DNA from: Cycas panzhihuaensis
Taxonomy: Eukaryota; Plantae; Cycadophyta
Assembly: GCA_023213395.1 (NCBI GenBank)
Contig: CM041465.1
Coordinates: forward strand, 82,963,741-83,027,740
Reading direction: 5' to 3'
DNA: 64,000 nt
Part shown: piece by piece, positions 11,400-25,299 of the stretch
How the letters are laid out: each line of letters begins with the position of its first letter
Position numbering within the stretch: position 1 is the stretch's first letter
The notes under the pieces: generated by a model
Told to the model about the DNA's origin: nothing
The model's input: only the letters and a program-made list of their open reading frames with translations
Database searches by the model: none
Position numbers and translations under genes: made by a program

Positions 11400-14300
11400 G
11401 CTTTGACCTCAAAGCATGGGTAGATTTGGATGTTGTTGCATCCATTCTTCTAATTCCCACGTAGCATCATCTAAATTTAAAATCTTCCACTTAATAATGT
11501 ATTCTTTGACTTTCCTGGATCGTAATTCTTTTGTTCTTATTTGTAAAATCCCTTGTGGTTCAAAGATAATCTTCCCTTCTTCATCTAACTTAGGGACTAT
11601 TGTTTGAGGGGTTACCTATTCCCCTACCTTCTTCTTAAGGCAAGATACGTGAAAAACATTGTGGATCTTGCTTCCTGGTGGTAATGCTAGTTGATAAGCT
11701 ACTTCCCCAATTTTCCCAGTAATTTGATAAGGTCTGAAGAATCGTAGTGCCAATTTTTGTCTATTTTTTTGTTTCATTGACGATTGCTTGTAAGGTTGGA
11801 GTCTTAGAAAGATCCAATCTCCAATTATGAAACTCCTTTCAGATCTTTTGGTATCAGCTTACTGTTTCATTCTATTCCATGTTGTATTTAAATTGTCTTT
11901 CAAAATCCTCATTGTTTGCTCCATCTGTTCTTGTTGTTCGCATAATGCTTGTACCTATGATACTTTCGTCCATGAGAATATAGATGGTGGCTCATATCTA
12001 TATAATGGCTGGAAAGGTGTCATTTTTGTTGCTGAGTGGTAAGTGGTATTGTACCATCATTTAGCCAAATGGAGCTATCGATGCCATTGAGTTTGCTTAT
12101 CAGAAGAAAAGTTCCTTAAATATCCTTCTAGGCACATGTTGACTGCTTCTGTCTGTCCATCTGATTGCGGGCAATAGGCTATACTCATATGTAATTTTGT
12201 TCTCGCTAATTTGAATAGGTCTTGCCAAAAATGGCTTGTGAACTTTGGATCTCGATCGCTAACTATAGTTTTGGGAAGTCCATGTAACCGATGTATCTCC
12301 TTCATGTATATCTCTGCTATTTGACTTGCTTTTGCTGTTGATTGTGTGCCCTTGAAATGTGCATATCTGGTTAACCTATCTACAACTACAAAGATGGCAT
12401 CTTTCCCTTCAGACCGTGGGAGTCTCGTGATAAAGTCCATTGAGATTTCTTCCCACTTTTGATGTGGAATAGGTAATGGTTGTAGTAATCCAGGACTCTT
12501 TACGCATTCATTCTTGTTTTGTTGGCACGAATCGCATTCAGATACATAGTTGAGGATGTCCACTTTTATTCTCTTCTAATAAAAAGAATTTTGTATCTTC
12601 CGGTATGTTTTATCTATTCCTGTATGTCCTACTCTTGGCATTGAGTGAGCTTCTTCTTCTTTACTTTAGAAACCGTCAGGATAAATATCTTCCCCTTTCT
12701 TAGAATTAATTCTCTTTGTAATTCAAACTTGGAAGGTTTCTGATCCTTACTTCCTTCTAATATCTTCTGTGAAAGTGGATCGCACTTATATTCCTTGATA
12801 AACTCTTGAGTCCATCTGGGTGTGGCTATTTATATTGCTTTCAACGAAACTTCTTCATTATTGTCTCCAGATATTCTTGGAAGAGCATCTGTAATGACAT
12901 TTTCTTTACTCTTCTTATATACTATACTGAAATCAAATGTTTGAAGCTTGCTGACCCATTTTTGTTGTTCGTCTGATAGTGTTTTCTGGTTTAAGACATA
13001 TTTGAGACTATCGTGATCTATTCGAACTATAAACTTATTCCCTAATAAGTATTGCCGCCATTGGTGTATGGCATGCATGATTGCCAACATTTCTGTCATA
13101 AATAGGTTTAAGCTTCTCCTTGTTATTTAATTTCCTACTTTCATAAGCAATAGGTCATTCATTTTGAATTAGTATTGCCCCTATCCCGAATCCTAAAGCA
13201 TCGCATTCCAAAATAAACGGTTGTGAAAAATTTGGTGTTGCTAGGACTGGAGCTATGACCGTTGCTTTCTTGAGTTCTTCGAAGGCACTTTCTGCTTGTG
13301 GATTCCATACAAAAGCGTCCTTTTTTGTAAGGTCCGTTAACGGGGATGTAATGTGAGCATATCCCTTTATATATTTTCGAAGAAATCTTGTTGCTCCTAG
13401 GAAACTCCTTACTCCTATCACATTTTTCAGTATTGGCCAATTAATAATGACCTCAATCTTTTTCAGATCTATTTTTATCCCTTCCTTTGTGATAACATGG
13501 CCTAAATATTCCAACTCTTCTTTTCCGAATGTGCATTTCTTTTGATTTGCATTGAATTGATTGGACTGCAAGATTTGTAGTACTGCTTTGGTATGGTCTA
13601 AATGCTCTTCCCATGTTTTACTATAGATCAGAATGTCATCGAAGAAGACTAGAACAAATTTCCGCAAAAGTGGTTTGAGAATTGAATTTATGGTGCTCTA
13701 AAAATTTGTTAGGGCATTTGTGAACCCAAACAACATGACTTTAAACTCAAATAGTCCCTCGTGCGTATGAAAGGCTATTTTGTATATATGTTCCTCTCTG
13801 ATACAAATCTAATAATACCTTGATTGTAAGTCAATTTTTGAGAAATATCGTGCTTCGTGTATTTCATCTAATAAATCATCTATCCATGGGATAGGATAAC
13901 AGTTCTTTACCGTTAATTTATTCAACCCTCGATAGTCTACGCACATCCTATATGATCCATCTTTTTTTGGATTGACTACAACTGATGATGCAAATGGGTT
14001 CGAACTAGTTGCGATGTATCCTTGACTTAATAATTCCCTTGTGATATTTGCAATTCCTCTTTTCAGATGATAGGGGTGCCTGTATGGTCGGATATTTACT
14101 GGAGTTGCTCTGGGTACTAACTCAATGGGATGTTGATAATCCCGTTGTGGGGGAAGTCCCTGGGATTCTTCAAATACTACTTTACGCTCATCTATGATCT
14201 TTTGTACCTCTATTAGTACATCTTCTATCGCTATCTTATAACAAGTCAATATATGTGCCTATGGATTCTTCTTCAATATTTTTTCCATGCAATGCGAAGA

Positions 14301-15830
14301 TACCAATTGTATTGGAGGTGTGGGCGGTGCTTATAATCTGTATTTGTGTCCTATAGTTGGTAACTATATTACCCAAGGTTTGTAACCACTAAATTCCCAA
14401 GACTACGTCTACTCCTCCTATAGGCATTGCAAACATATATATATTTACTGAATAGTCTCCAATTTGGAGATTCACCTCTTGACAATAGCTTCCACAGGGA
14501 GTGGTTTTCCTATTTGCTATGGATATTTGAAAAGTATTCAAAGATTGCATTTGTAGTCCTAACTTCTTTGTTGTGGCCCTGTTGATAAAGTTGTGCATGT
14601 TGTCATTATCCACAAGAATGGCAACAAGAGCTCCTTTGATCATCCCTTGGAACCTAAGGGTTTGGGGTGTAACACTTTGTCCCGTTATGGCTTGTAATGA
14701 GATTTGAACATTCTCAATATCGACTTCTAAAAGTTCATCTACGTCTGCTTCCTCTTCTTGGATATGATTTACTTCTACCTGCTCTTCATCTGGTATTTCT
14801 ACTTCTTCATTATTGATCATGAATACCTTCTTTGCGGGACATTGGCATTCTTTATTCCACTTTCCTCCACATTTAAAACAGGTACCCTTTTTGAGATGTA
14901 CAACTTTGCTTGTTTCGTTTGTGTCTTTTATTGCTATTGGTGGGTTTACTTTTATGCATGATCTGGTCTAATTTGGATTGGATCCCTATTGCTGATATGA
15001 TTCAGTTCTATGTGAATAGATAGACCTATGCTCTCTAAATTTTGCTTCTATGTTCTTCACATATCAGATTGCCTCATGAATATTTGAGAGGTTCATATTC
15101 TTAATGCAAAACCTGATTGTTCCCTTTAATCCACTGATGTGTGTCTCCAAAATGTATTCTGTTGGTATTCATTCTACTATTAGACATTGAAGCATATGGA
15201 ATTGCTCAGTGTATTCTTGAACTATTCTATTTTGTTGTAACCTTGTTAATTGAGCGAAATAGCAGTGTTCCATGAATCTTCGTACTATTTTATTAATCCT
15301 GCTTTTAGATAGTCCCATGATTCTGGATGACCCAAATTGTTCTTTCGCCACCAATAAAACCACTCTAACGCCCTTCCATACAAATGTAGAGATGTTGTCG
15401 ATATCTTTTCCTTATTTGATAGTTCATATACTTGGAAGTATGTTTCCATTTATAGTAATCAAAACCGGATGTTCCTCAATCTTTCTAGATCAAATTTTTC
15501 TAGTGTAAATTTGGTTCCCCTAAGACCTTGATCTAATTGGTAACTCCTTTGATTCCGTCGTTCGTAGGTAAAACCCCTAAATCTTCTTGAATTCTTTTGT
15601 TGTTTGTTCCCTTGGTTATCTTGATCTGGGGATTCTTCATTGAATTCTTCCATGTCTTGATGTTTCTCTGTTGATGACTCTCCTTCTTGTAAATCCAACT
15701 TCTTATTTAAAGTTTTGAACAAAACTTGGATTCTTTTCATTGAAGTGATAAGTTCCAACGATAAGTGGGATAATACTTCTTCTATCCTGCTTCCTTTTGC
15801 TTCTGTTATTGTTGTCTGGCGGTTCACCAT
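11400..15830 (-). pseudogene. gag-pol of C
   Basis: Protease (ILVDNDNMHNFI), RT (RMCVDYRGLN, VFFDDILIYS), RH (LECDALGFGIGA), INT (WEEISMDFIT, SDRDPKFTS) and chromodomain (EYIIKWK...ATWE). Confidence 0.93.
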
Positions 15831-15951
15831 TTTGTTTGAGACGAGGCTTTTCCTTGACCTTAGTTATGTCCCTGGAGGGGGGGAAATTTTTGTTTAATTT
15901 TTTTCAAATTATCTTCATATTCCCATTTTGAAACGAAGCTTTGATACCACT

Positions 15952-16414
15952 TGAGGAACACACCTTCCTCTATCACTCGCAGAATTCCAAAACATCTAAG
16001 AAAAGGTCTGCTAGAAAGTTACTAATGGTAACAAAAGTACAAAAATAGTAAATACACCAGTCAAAATGGACAAGGAATGCAATCTGCAGGGCTAGCCAAT
16101 ATTGCTCGGAATACGCTCGATTCACCCAATATCGTGCTTGAGATGGCCAACCCTCTTCGAGGCGAGGTTGTCTCCAGAAATTGCAGCCCAAATTGGCAAG
16201 CTAACTACAGCCCTAAAAGCCAAGTTTATGCTAAGAAAACACAACCACATGATGATTTGGAATGGGGACTCCAACCCCTATGTATAGAGACATTTAATCT
16301 TCTAAAGGAAGTCGGATAGAAAATAGACAATTCACTGAGACTGAACCTAACATGAAGTCGGCCAAAAGACAAGCCATGACTGGTCAAAGTAGGAGGGAAA
16401 TTAGGAATGTAACA
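15952..16414 (-). repeat. 5' LTR of C
   Basis: Direct repeat of 10917-11378, adjacent to the PBS. Confidence 0.93.
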
Positions 16415-17999
16415 TATAATAATAGATGGAAATGAAGAACATAGCATGAAACAATCAACAAAGAAAAGTAAGCATAAAGGAAAGAAAGAAATTCCAAACT
16501 TGATTGGCTTGTGGAGAACAACACACCTATGTGATGGTACCTCAGAATTACACACTGAGGGTAGATCTATTCCTTGGGATGCTAGCTTTGAAATGGGATG
16601 ATAAGGTGAGGAGATTTCACTCCAATGTGGGAAGCAATGAAAATGGAATTGATCCGGAACACCAAATAAGAGGAAGCTCTTACGACAACCCAAATAAGCT
16701 AGACAACAAAAGAAGTGATCATTAAAACAAATGGATGAAGAACAAAGTGTGAAGAGAAATGATAACCCCAAGAAAGACCAAGCAAGATGTCCCCAACAAG
16801 AAATAGGCAGAGTAACACCAATGATCAAGTAAAAGTAATTCAACAAGATCAAGCAAAAAGACTCTGATGAGAAGTGAAAAAAAAAAAGACTCCAAGGTCA
16901 AGCAAGAGAAATTTGCCAAGCCACAAAGAAATTTTGACAAGAAGCTCAAAGGAATTCAACAAGATCAATCAAATAACTCCTATAAGAAGGCAAAGAGAAA
17001 CCTTTGGAAGGTACCTCTTCCAACCAATATTACTTGAATAAATGAAAAGAAAGGACAACGGAAATAAAAAAGAAAAAGATCACAAAGCAATCCAATGGAA
17101 GCAATGGAGAAAAATCTCCCCACAAGAAAGGTTTGCCAAAAGAAAAGAAGAGAAAAGATCTTTCAAACTCAAAAGCTCTCCATCAAGAGCTAGTGAAAGT
17201 TTCACAAGAAACCTAAAAAATGTCAAGAACAAGCACAAAGCATAAGCAAAAACATTGTAAGCAAAAGTTAGGGAGTCAAAAGATCCAAATCCTATGTGAA
17301 ATCTTGATTAAGTAGGCATAATTTGCCCATGGTTTTATTGGAAAACCATGGTATTGGAAGACCATAGATTTCACTCATAGTCAGGATACGGAACAAAATG
17401 TCAAATCAAAGGAAAAATGCAGAAAGTAAAACACATTTTCTCTTTTGAAAAGCATGGTCGACATAATAACAAATTAGAGCAGGTGCCATGATACTCATCA
17501 GGTGACGTTGCACTGCGATGAATAAAAACACTAAAAGGAAAAAGAAACATAGGCAAAACTAGAAAAACTCAGATAGAAGCTAGAAATTTGGGGGGAGCGA
17601 GGGACGGGATTAATGAGCTAGCATATTTGAAAACTAAATACCCTTAAGTCACTGCGCGATTGAGTTTAATTTTCAATCATTAGAGCCATTAGTGGTATGG
17701 GTCAAAGCACAAATTGATCATCTCAAAATCATATCGCATTACATTAAGAAGCATGCATTTTCAACTCTAAATTCTTAAAGTTATTATAATATTTATACTA
17801 CAATAACTTAAATTTTTAAACTTATGAGTAAACGGAATATCCCCCTTTCAGGATGTTTGGCAGAGGAATTGAGTCATTTTAACAAGGAAGTTAGAAGTTG
17901 AAATCTAGCTACATTTTGCATGTAACAAACAAGAGTTAGAAAACAATACTTAGTCGCCATGGGGTTAAAAAAGAAAAAACAATCATCCCTTTTTAACCC

Positions 18000-19060
18000 A
18001 ATGAAGTTTGTAAATGTTTAAATGAGGCTTAGTTGAGTGTTTAGGGTTCGTAAGTAACTGATCAAATACTAGGTTTTTGCATATTACCGTAGTCAATAAT
18101 ACAAAGTACAATTTGGTTCTTGACTTGGCACTTTGAAGTGAACAAGGCCTCTCTTTCAAAGGTAAAATAGTTCTTGGCCATGAGCACTAAGCATGGATTG
18201 TTCACAATTTGGTCAGTGACCAATAATATAGAGTCTTCAATGGAGGCATCGAATGTGCTTCCATCTTCCACTTTCTCTTCCACTACCAAAGTCTTGGCCC
18301 TAGGTTGGACTTCTTGTTTCAAACATTCCTCATTGAAATGTCTAAGGACTTGTGATAGTTGCAGTATTTGCAGGAACCTTTCCTCTTTGTTGCTAGGGTG
18401 TTATGTTCTAAGGCTAAAGGAGTTTTTGTGGTAGGATATTATATAAGTCAAGGGGTATTCACTCCAAAAGTACCCCTTTTTTATAGAAGGTTGCCTTTAT
18501 TAGAACAATTGTTGTTGTTACTGTGGTCTCTAGGGTGGTCTCTTATGGGTCCGACTCTCCACCTTCAGTGCATATTGATATTCTAATCTAAAACGTTCAT
18601 GTTGAGGACCTCAAGCTCCTACTGCAATGAGAAATAGAGTCCACTAATGCACTTGAGTATCAATGTATGCTTAGAGTTGGCTACTTTCACCATGATGACC
18701 ATTTGGTGGAGGTTGTCAATGCACTACTACACAAATTGTCCAACTTGCTACTGAAGGTGCAACCACTGCTTCTCCTTGTCATCCTTATGCTTGACTTGGT
18801 AGAATTGATCTTGGAGGGTTTGTTTGAAATTCACCCATGTGGTGATGGTTGCATGGTTCTTGGTGTAGGTTTGGCACCACATCGTAGCTTGCTCCATCAA
18901 GTTGATTTCCACTACAAAAATCTTTTGTTCCTTGGTGAGTTGCTGCTAGCATTTGAAATATGCATGTAGGCTATACAACTATCTAATGCCTCGGCATTGA
19001 TGGTGCCATCAAACTAAGGGATGGTGATTTGTGTGGCAATCTCAAACTTGTTAGAAATAA
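18000..19060 (-). pseudogene. Highly decayed gypsy gag-protease fragment (CRM-like)
   Basis: REALFTSKCQVKNQIVLCIIDYG resembles a gypsy protease. An FDGTINAEALD-type gag start lies near 19020. Confidence 0.55.
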
Positions 19061-19774
19061 TGCCCATTCTCATTTCATGTTCATTTAAGTTTATTTCTCA
19101 TGCCATTAGATTATTTCCTCACATTGAATATTCTTACTCAAATCATTAATTAAGGGGGTTAGATGAAGTCATTAATTAAGGTAGTTAGATGTAGCCATTG
19201 ATTAGCCACTAATCGAGGAGTTAGTTAAAACTATCAATCTATTTTTAGAAAATTGGTAATCTGTATATTTCTATTGTATTCAACTATTTGGATCAATGAG
19301 AATTTGGGAATTGTGATTCATTAGCACTTCTTCATTTCTTGCTTAGTGCATGTGATTAGTGTTGTGAGTTCTCTTCTAACCATTTTCTTTGACAAAATTA
19401 TGGTTGCAAGAGAGGAATTGATGTGGGGATTCCATGGGGACTAACTCTATGACGCACATTGATACACATTATACATTTCATTATATATGTCTTGTGCATT
19501 TTATTATGTGTTTGATACTTTATATTTTGTGATAGTGATTTTGTGTAATCTCCCCTTAGCTAAAAAAATAAGAGCCTAGTGAAATGGCCCATTAGGTGTT
19601 AGGGTGCACCTTTGTACACTTTATATTTTGCATTGTGATGATATGTGGCATTAGTAGTGAGACAGATATGTACATGTAAATGTTTTGGGGGTTAAATGCC
19701 CACATGCTTTGTAAATAATGTAAATGCTTGCTAATAAAATTAAGGTTGGATTGCTCAAAGGGAATAATGGAGGG

Positions 19775-20978
19775 TGTGACATGAGCAAAGTGGGAAGTAT
19801 CTTAAATATTGATCCTTAGTGTTTTATCCCTCTATGTGAGCTCACATGGGCATTAAATGAGCTTATGGAGTATTAAATAAGCCAACACCTACATGTGATA
19901 CTTATTCTCTCTAGAATATCACTAGAAAGGGGTTTAACCACTAATTGTCTTTTAATCATCTTAACCTAAGTTGGCTAGGGAAAAAAGGCAACTAATATGA
20001 GACACAATTAACTTTTGATAGAAAAGAGAGGGGTGGCAAATGATTTAGATCTTTTGGCATATTCAAATTTTATGGATGATTACCTTTGGCATTCAAATTG
20101 GTTGAGTACTCTCTCATGTACTGCAAGATATGCACTCTTGGATTGTGTTTGTATGCATGTATGATTGCATGATTGCTTGCCTATGAGTTTGTGCTTGTTC
20201 TGTAGAAGGGAATTCTATTAGGGTTGATGTGTGAGGCTATTACCTAGTAGTGTTTCCATGGTTTTTAATTGTGTCATGAGTAGGATGCCTAACTTTGTGG
20301 GATCTTGAAGGGCTTGATGATCAAAGGGGATGTGAGTGAGATGGCACAACTTATATGTGGGCCTACTCATGACATGGTGGAATGTTGTGAATAGTGTGAT
20401 ACTGTGGTTTAAACCTAATACATTATCATGGTGGAATGCCTTGACTTGTGATAAGTTGTACATTGTTGTAGAAATTTTGTTCAGCCATAATGCTATAGAT
20501 TTTACGAGTCACCTATGTGATGTTGGATGGGCCATTTTCTTGTGTGTTGTCACTTGAGAATGAGAGTTTTGGACCACTAAACAATACTCCTACATTCATT
20601 TCATGTGCCTTAACACAAGGGCACATTCTTGAAGAGAGTTTCTAGTTTGTTGGGTGGCAAATCCCCTATGAGGAATCTAGCATTTCCCCACAAAAGAGAA
20701 GCTCTTTGTTGCGATTTTATGTCAATGCTCTCTTGATTACATCACATGTCTATTTCATTGAAAATGGATGTTGGTTTATACGTTATTCCATCTTTGGGGG
20801 ATACCATAAATTATGTGATTATTCTTGCATAGTATAAGCATTTCACCAACACATTAGTGTCCTTTAGAGTGCATGCAAGCATATAACTTTCCATGTTGCT
20901 AGCACAACGTATTGCTCACTAGTCTTATGGTTTCACTGCATGTTCTTATGAGCTTAGGCAATCTAAAAATCCATCACA
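19775..20978 (+). repeat. Putative orphan LTR flanked by PPT-like and PBS-like sites
   Basis: TGTGA...TCACA inverted termini, upstream purine tract GGGAATAATGGAGGG, downstream TGGTATCAAAGC (20982-20993). Confidence 0.5.
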
Positions 20979-21011
20979 AATTGGTATCAAAGCAAAAAAT
21001 TATCAAATCAA

Positions 21012-21116
21012 AAAATTGTCACTAATTTGCAAACTCGTGAAGAGGGGTCATTATAGTTGGTATCACAGTGTAAAATTGTCATTGATTTGTGAACTCATGA
21101 AGAGGGGTTGCTATAG
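21012..21116. repeat. Diverged 60-bp-period tandem repeat
   Basis: AAAATTGTCA...GAAGAGGGGT...TATAG occurs twice. Confidence 0.8.
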
Positions 21117-23520
21117 GCTTTCCATTTCATCATCTACTAAAATATTAGCATCATGTTGTTCATGAGTTACATTTGGGCTTGACCCTACTCCCAAAGCACT
21201 TGTACTTGACGCTGGCTCTATTCTCAAAATGCCTCTCAGAATAGTTAGGATGGGTCTAAAGTCATTTTGGTGCCTATTTTGGCTTCTTTATTCCACTAAG
21301 ACATTGTGACCTATAGAGAATGGAAAAGATAGACATGAGGATGTATGGGTTTACAAGAGATTGGGAGATGTATGGGATTACAATCTCAGGCTTGATCTCA
21401 AGATCTAATATCAATTGATATGTTTCTAGAAGGGGAAATTATGAAATTTGTAATAGTTGGAAGTACAATAGAGTAATATGAAAATATAGTAGTAAAGGAT
21501 TAAGGGAGAGTAGTTAGGAATTGGGAAAAAAAGAAGCCTGATTGTGAACTATTCCTAAAATCATTCATCTTTGCAACCATTCCTACAATTGTTCCTTGAG
21601 AGTTGATATTTAGGCTTGCAACCATTTGTGAAATTATTCCATTCTGCAACCATTTTGGGATCATTCTAGGTAGTTATAGACCATTTTGGCCAATTTTGGG
21701 CCATTTCAAACTCTTTGAGGAGAATGTCCTTCTTCTGAGTGCTAGAATGGACTACGTAAAGCTAAAAAGGGGCTTGATATGGATTAGGATTGAGCCCCAA
21801 CACAAATGAGCACATAAAAATCGCAAGGAAAATTTTCAAGAGATGTTGTGTGGAAAAATATAACTCTTATATTAAAATCCAAGGCTCATAATGTATGATA
21901 GGAGGCTCCTTACTCTTTCTAAAGATATTAGAGGCATTATGAATTAAGGGGTAGTCAAAAAATTGAAAAGGAATCTATTCAAACTAGAAGATTAGTTACA
22001 CTTTTGTAAGTAACGTGCAAACAAACTTAACTATACACTAACTTGACTTGAATCAGTTTTATAAATTGAGTGAACACAACGTTGAAATAGAAAATAAAGT
22101 ACATGACAAAATATGGTTATATTTTATGTTACATGGGTGAGCGATAACCATGTGCATAACACCAATCTAGTCTATTAGTTATAGGGTTAGTCTCCCTTCC
22201 ATCCCCCTCAAAGCCCCTTTTCGCTAATCATTTTAGTCCTCTAAAGGCTGATCTAGAGACATTAGCGTCAACAATAGATTTGATTTCTAGATCCCTCCAC
22301 CAAGCATCTAGTGGTAGACGGATCTTTGACATCTACTAATGTTGCCAAGCATACTAGACAACAACACTCACCATACAACATCCACTTGATTTCCTTATTA
22401 GGAATAGTGTAATGATCTCGAATTATGATTGAGAGTATTATACAACTCTAATAGTAGTTCTAGATTTTTATTCATGACATAGTCTCCCCACTAAAAACAT
22501 TGGTTGGCTCAAGTTGCCATGAGGCTATAGTTCACTCGTCATACTGATTAAGAGCCATATTTTGTATTTTATTGGTGAGGATAAGACATGCTCACGAGGA
22601 TGGAACATGCATGTGCCTATTTGAACCCTTTCTTTTCAACATTAGAGACATGAGGTGGGGGCTTCTTCAATCCATTATTGTTTTTTCTACCTTCCCATAT
22701 TTAGTCTGCCTTCTTTAACCAAAGCTATATGATTGTCATGTGCTCCTCCCCTCTAGATTCTAGTAATATCAACAACACAACATCTACATATAGTAGCAAA
22801 TTGCTAGCATTTTTTAGTAGCAGTAAGTGGTCATTTTTCTCTTGTTTGGGCCATAGTAAATTATAGTGATTTTCGGCCTATCTTTAGGTATTCACATCTT
22901 CAAGGCCTCTCAAGGGCAAAATGTTACTGCTCAAAACAACACCAAATGCCTGTAGACAGGTAGAGAACAACTTAAAGATACCACAAGCCAATTTTTATCT
23001 AGTCTTGATTAATTTTAATAAGGTTTTGAATCAACTTTTGGGAGGACTTGAAAATTGGTATTGTTTCCCCAAAACAGAGTGGTATTTTGAGTCATCTCAT
23101 CCTTAATCATTGTTTTTAACATTAAGCCAAACTTAATCTTTCTAAAAGATAATTTTGACAATTCTTAAATGTTGTGAACCAACTCTTATTCCAATATGTC
23201 CAAATTGTCATTGATCACCATTGGTTGCCAAGGTCTCCACCTACTTCTCTTCTTTGGAGTGGTCCTATTTTTCATATTTATGGATGCTTGCTAAGAGCTA
23301 TAATCCTTCACTTTGTGACCTTTCACTTCATTTCCCATGATTATTCATCTCACCTTCTTTCTCCAAAGGTTTACCCCATAGTCATGTAGCTAGTGATAGC
23401 TATACATTTAGGCCTTGGACAACTATTAAGAAGCTTAAATCCCTTCATAGTGATCATATTCCAATAACATGCAATTGTTAACCCCCTTAGGGTTCCCGCT
23501 AAATTATAAGGACTCTTAGA

Positions 23521-23816
23521 CTTGGAAGGGTGAAATTATGCTTATAAATTCAGGGAAGCAATATGCTTGTTGAAAATATTGTCAAAACCAAGAAGCAATG
23601 CTTCAAAATCATCCACCACACACATATATTGTTTATATAACATACACATTATGAATGTGAAAATGAATCTTGGAAGGGTGAAATTGTTCTTATAAATTCA
23701 AGGAAGCAATATGCTTGTTGAAAATATTGTCAAAACCAAGAAGCAATGCTTCAAAATTGTCCACCATGCGTGTAAATTGTTTATATAACATACATATTAC
23801 AAATGTGAAAATGAAT
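23521..23816. repeat. 148-bp tandem duplication
   Basis: CTTGGAAGGGTGAAATT...AATGTGAAAATGAAT at 23521 and 23669. Confidence 0.92.
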
Positions 23817-23995
23817 CAAAGCACTCTTTGTTTCGTTATTTACAATCTACATAGAAAGCTGAATGTTGACGACATTGGCAAAGTCTATCACAAATAATGA
23901 GGATCTAAAAACATCAAACACAGTAGAAATATAGACCAATGAGACCAGAACACACTATTGCAAGAGTGACATACCTTGATATCCAACCTTGTGTA

Positions 23996-24865
23996 TGTTG
24001 ACTTTATGATTTCACACCCCTTATGAGATCAATACACTTGTCAAAGTTACACAGGTTATAGTCTAGTTTAGGACACAGTCAACATCATTATCCACATAGA
24101 TCACACAAATTTATTAATATTTCCACATGATTATAGCACAACGGCACACAACAGTACAGAGATCAGCACCTATTTCATATTCAATCCTTGCAAACACATA
24201 GAATCCATAATTTCCATGCAACTCTTATTTTATTAAGCAATAAGTTCTTTTACACAAGGTGTTGGAATGCATTTATTGTGCATTCCAGCCTTATACATTC
24301 ACTCTGTCACATGCGTACCCAGGAGGTACCCATCAAAATACACGGCTTAGGCTATTGTCATGCGTATTGGTCTCCGTACCAATGCGTACTGGTATACTTG
24401 GCTCTCACCCTAGAGAGTATGCCATAGAATTGAATCACTCAGCTCTCACACTGGAATGGTCCTCAAAGCATCATTAAATCTGTCCCTTCGATGCCTTTTG
24501 GGTGAAAGGTTATGACCCAAAGTCATAACCATACCTTTTTGTCACCAAGGTACCCTTTCACTTTAACACTTGATTAAGTCTCCTTAATGGTGTCTTTTCT
24601 AATCCGTACATCCATACATATGTCTGACATCATCCCAGGTATCCATCTGTCAGGTCCTGCCATGCGTACCTTCTTTGCTTGCGTTACGCTAGAGGTGCGT
24701 ATCGTGTTGCGTACCTTTTGCACCTTTGCATACATACCCAGAATGTTGATTTCTCCAACTTTCTGCCACATGCATACCTCTGTACGGTCCGTACCTGCAC
24801 ATCCAAGGTTATACAACCTATGTTTGGTCTCCTCATAGCCCAGCATGCCAAACTCTGTCCCAACA
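23996..24865 (-). repeat. 3' LTR of D
   Basis: Direct repeat of 29140-30020. Confidence 0.95.
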
Positions 24866-25299
24866 TCTATCCTGGGTCAACATGATTGGGTTGAGCATCC
24901 TTGCTCAACAAAAAATTCAAAATTTGGGGTATTCCTCCCCCTCTCTGTTCTAAGGCTACCTCTGCGCCATTGCTTGGTCGCCATTTTTGGTTAATAAATC
25001 CTCATCTATTGGCACTTTTGTTTTTTTTTTTTTTTTTTAAATAATGCCTTTGGCTTATTTTGTTCAACTTTCCCTTGATTTTTCGTATGATAATATATCT
25101 TTCCTCCATGCTTTACCATATTGCTTATTTGTATGATATGAGTTACGGTTGTTTTTCTATTTTTTTATTTTTCTGTATTTTATATTACATACAGAACTAA
25201 ATCACGTTCCGGTATCAAGGCAATTCGATTTTGCCTCAACTTCATGCAACACGTTATAGTACAACCAGTTGATCCGGCTGATAAGTTGCTCCACCCTAG

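Larger units (their letters stand above)
10917..16414 (-). mobile_element. Full-length chromoviral Ty3/gypsy element C (decayed ORFs)
   Basis: LTRs at 10917-11378 and 15952-16414, perfect TATAA target-site duplication, tRNA-iMet PBS (TGGTATCAAAGC, 15938-15949) and PPT GAGGGGAGGG (~11382-11391). Domain order gag-PR-RT-RH-INT-chromodomain. Confidence 0.95.

Noticed and set aside
21012-23816. CRISPR-like arrays
   Set aside because: Only two-copy tandem duplications without spacers, in a eukaryotic context.
24188-24885. ORFs repeated at 24188-24477 and 29332-29621
   Set aside because: They lie in the paired LTRs, so repetition reflects LTR identity. No recognisable protein.
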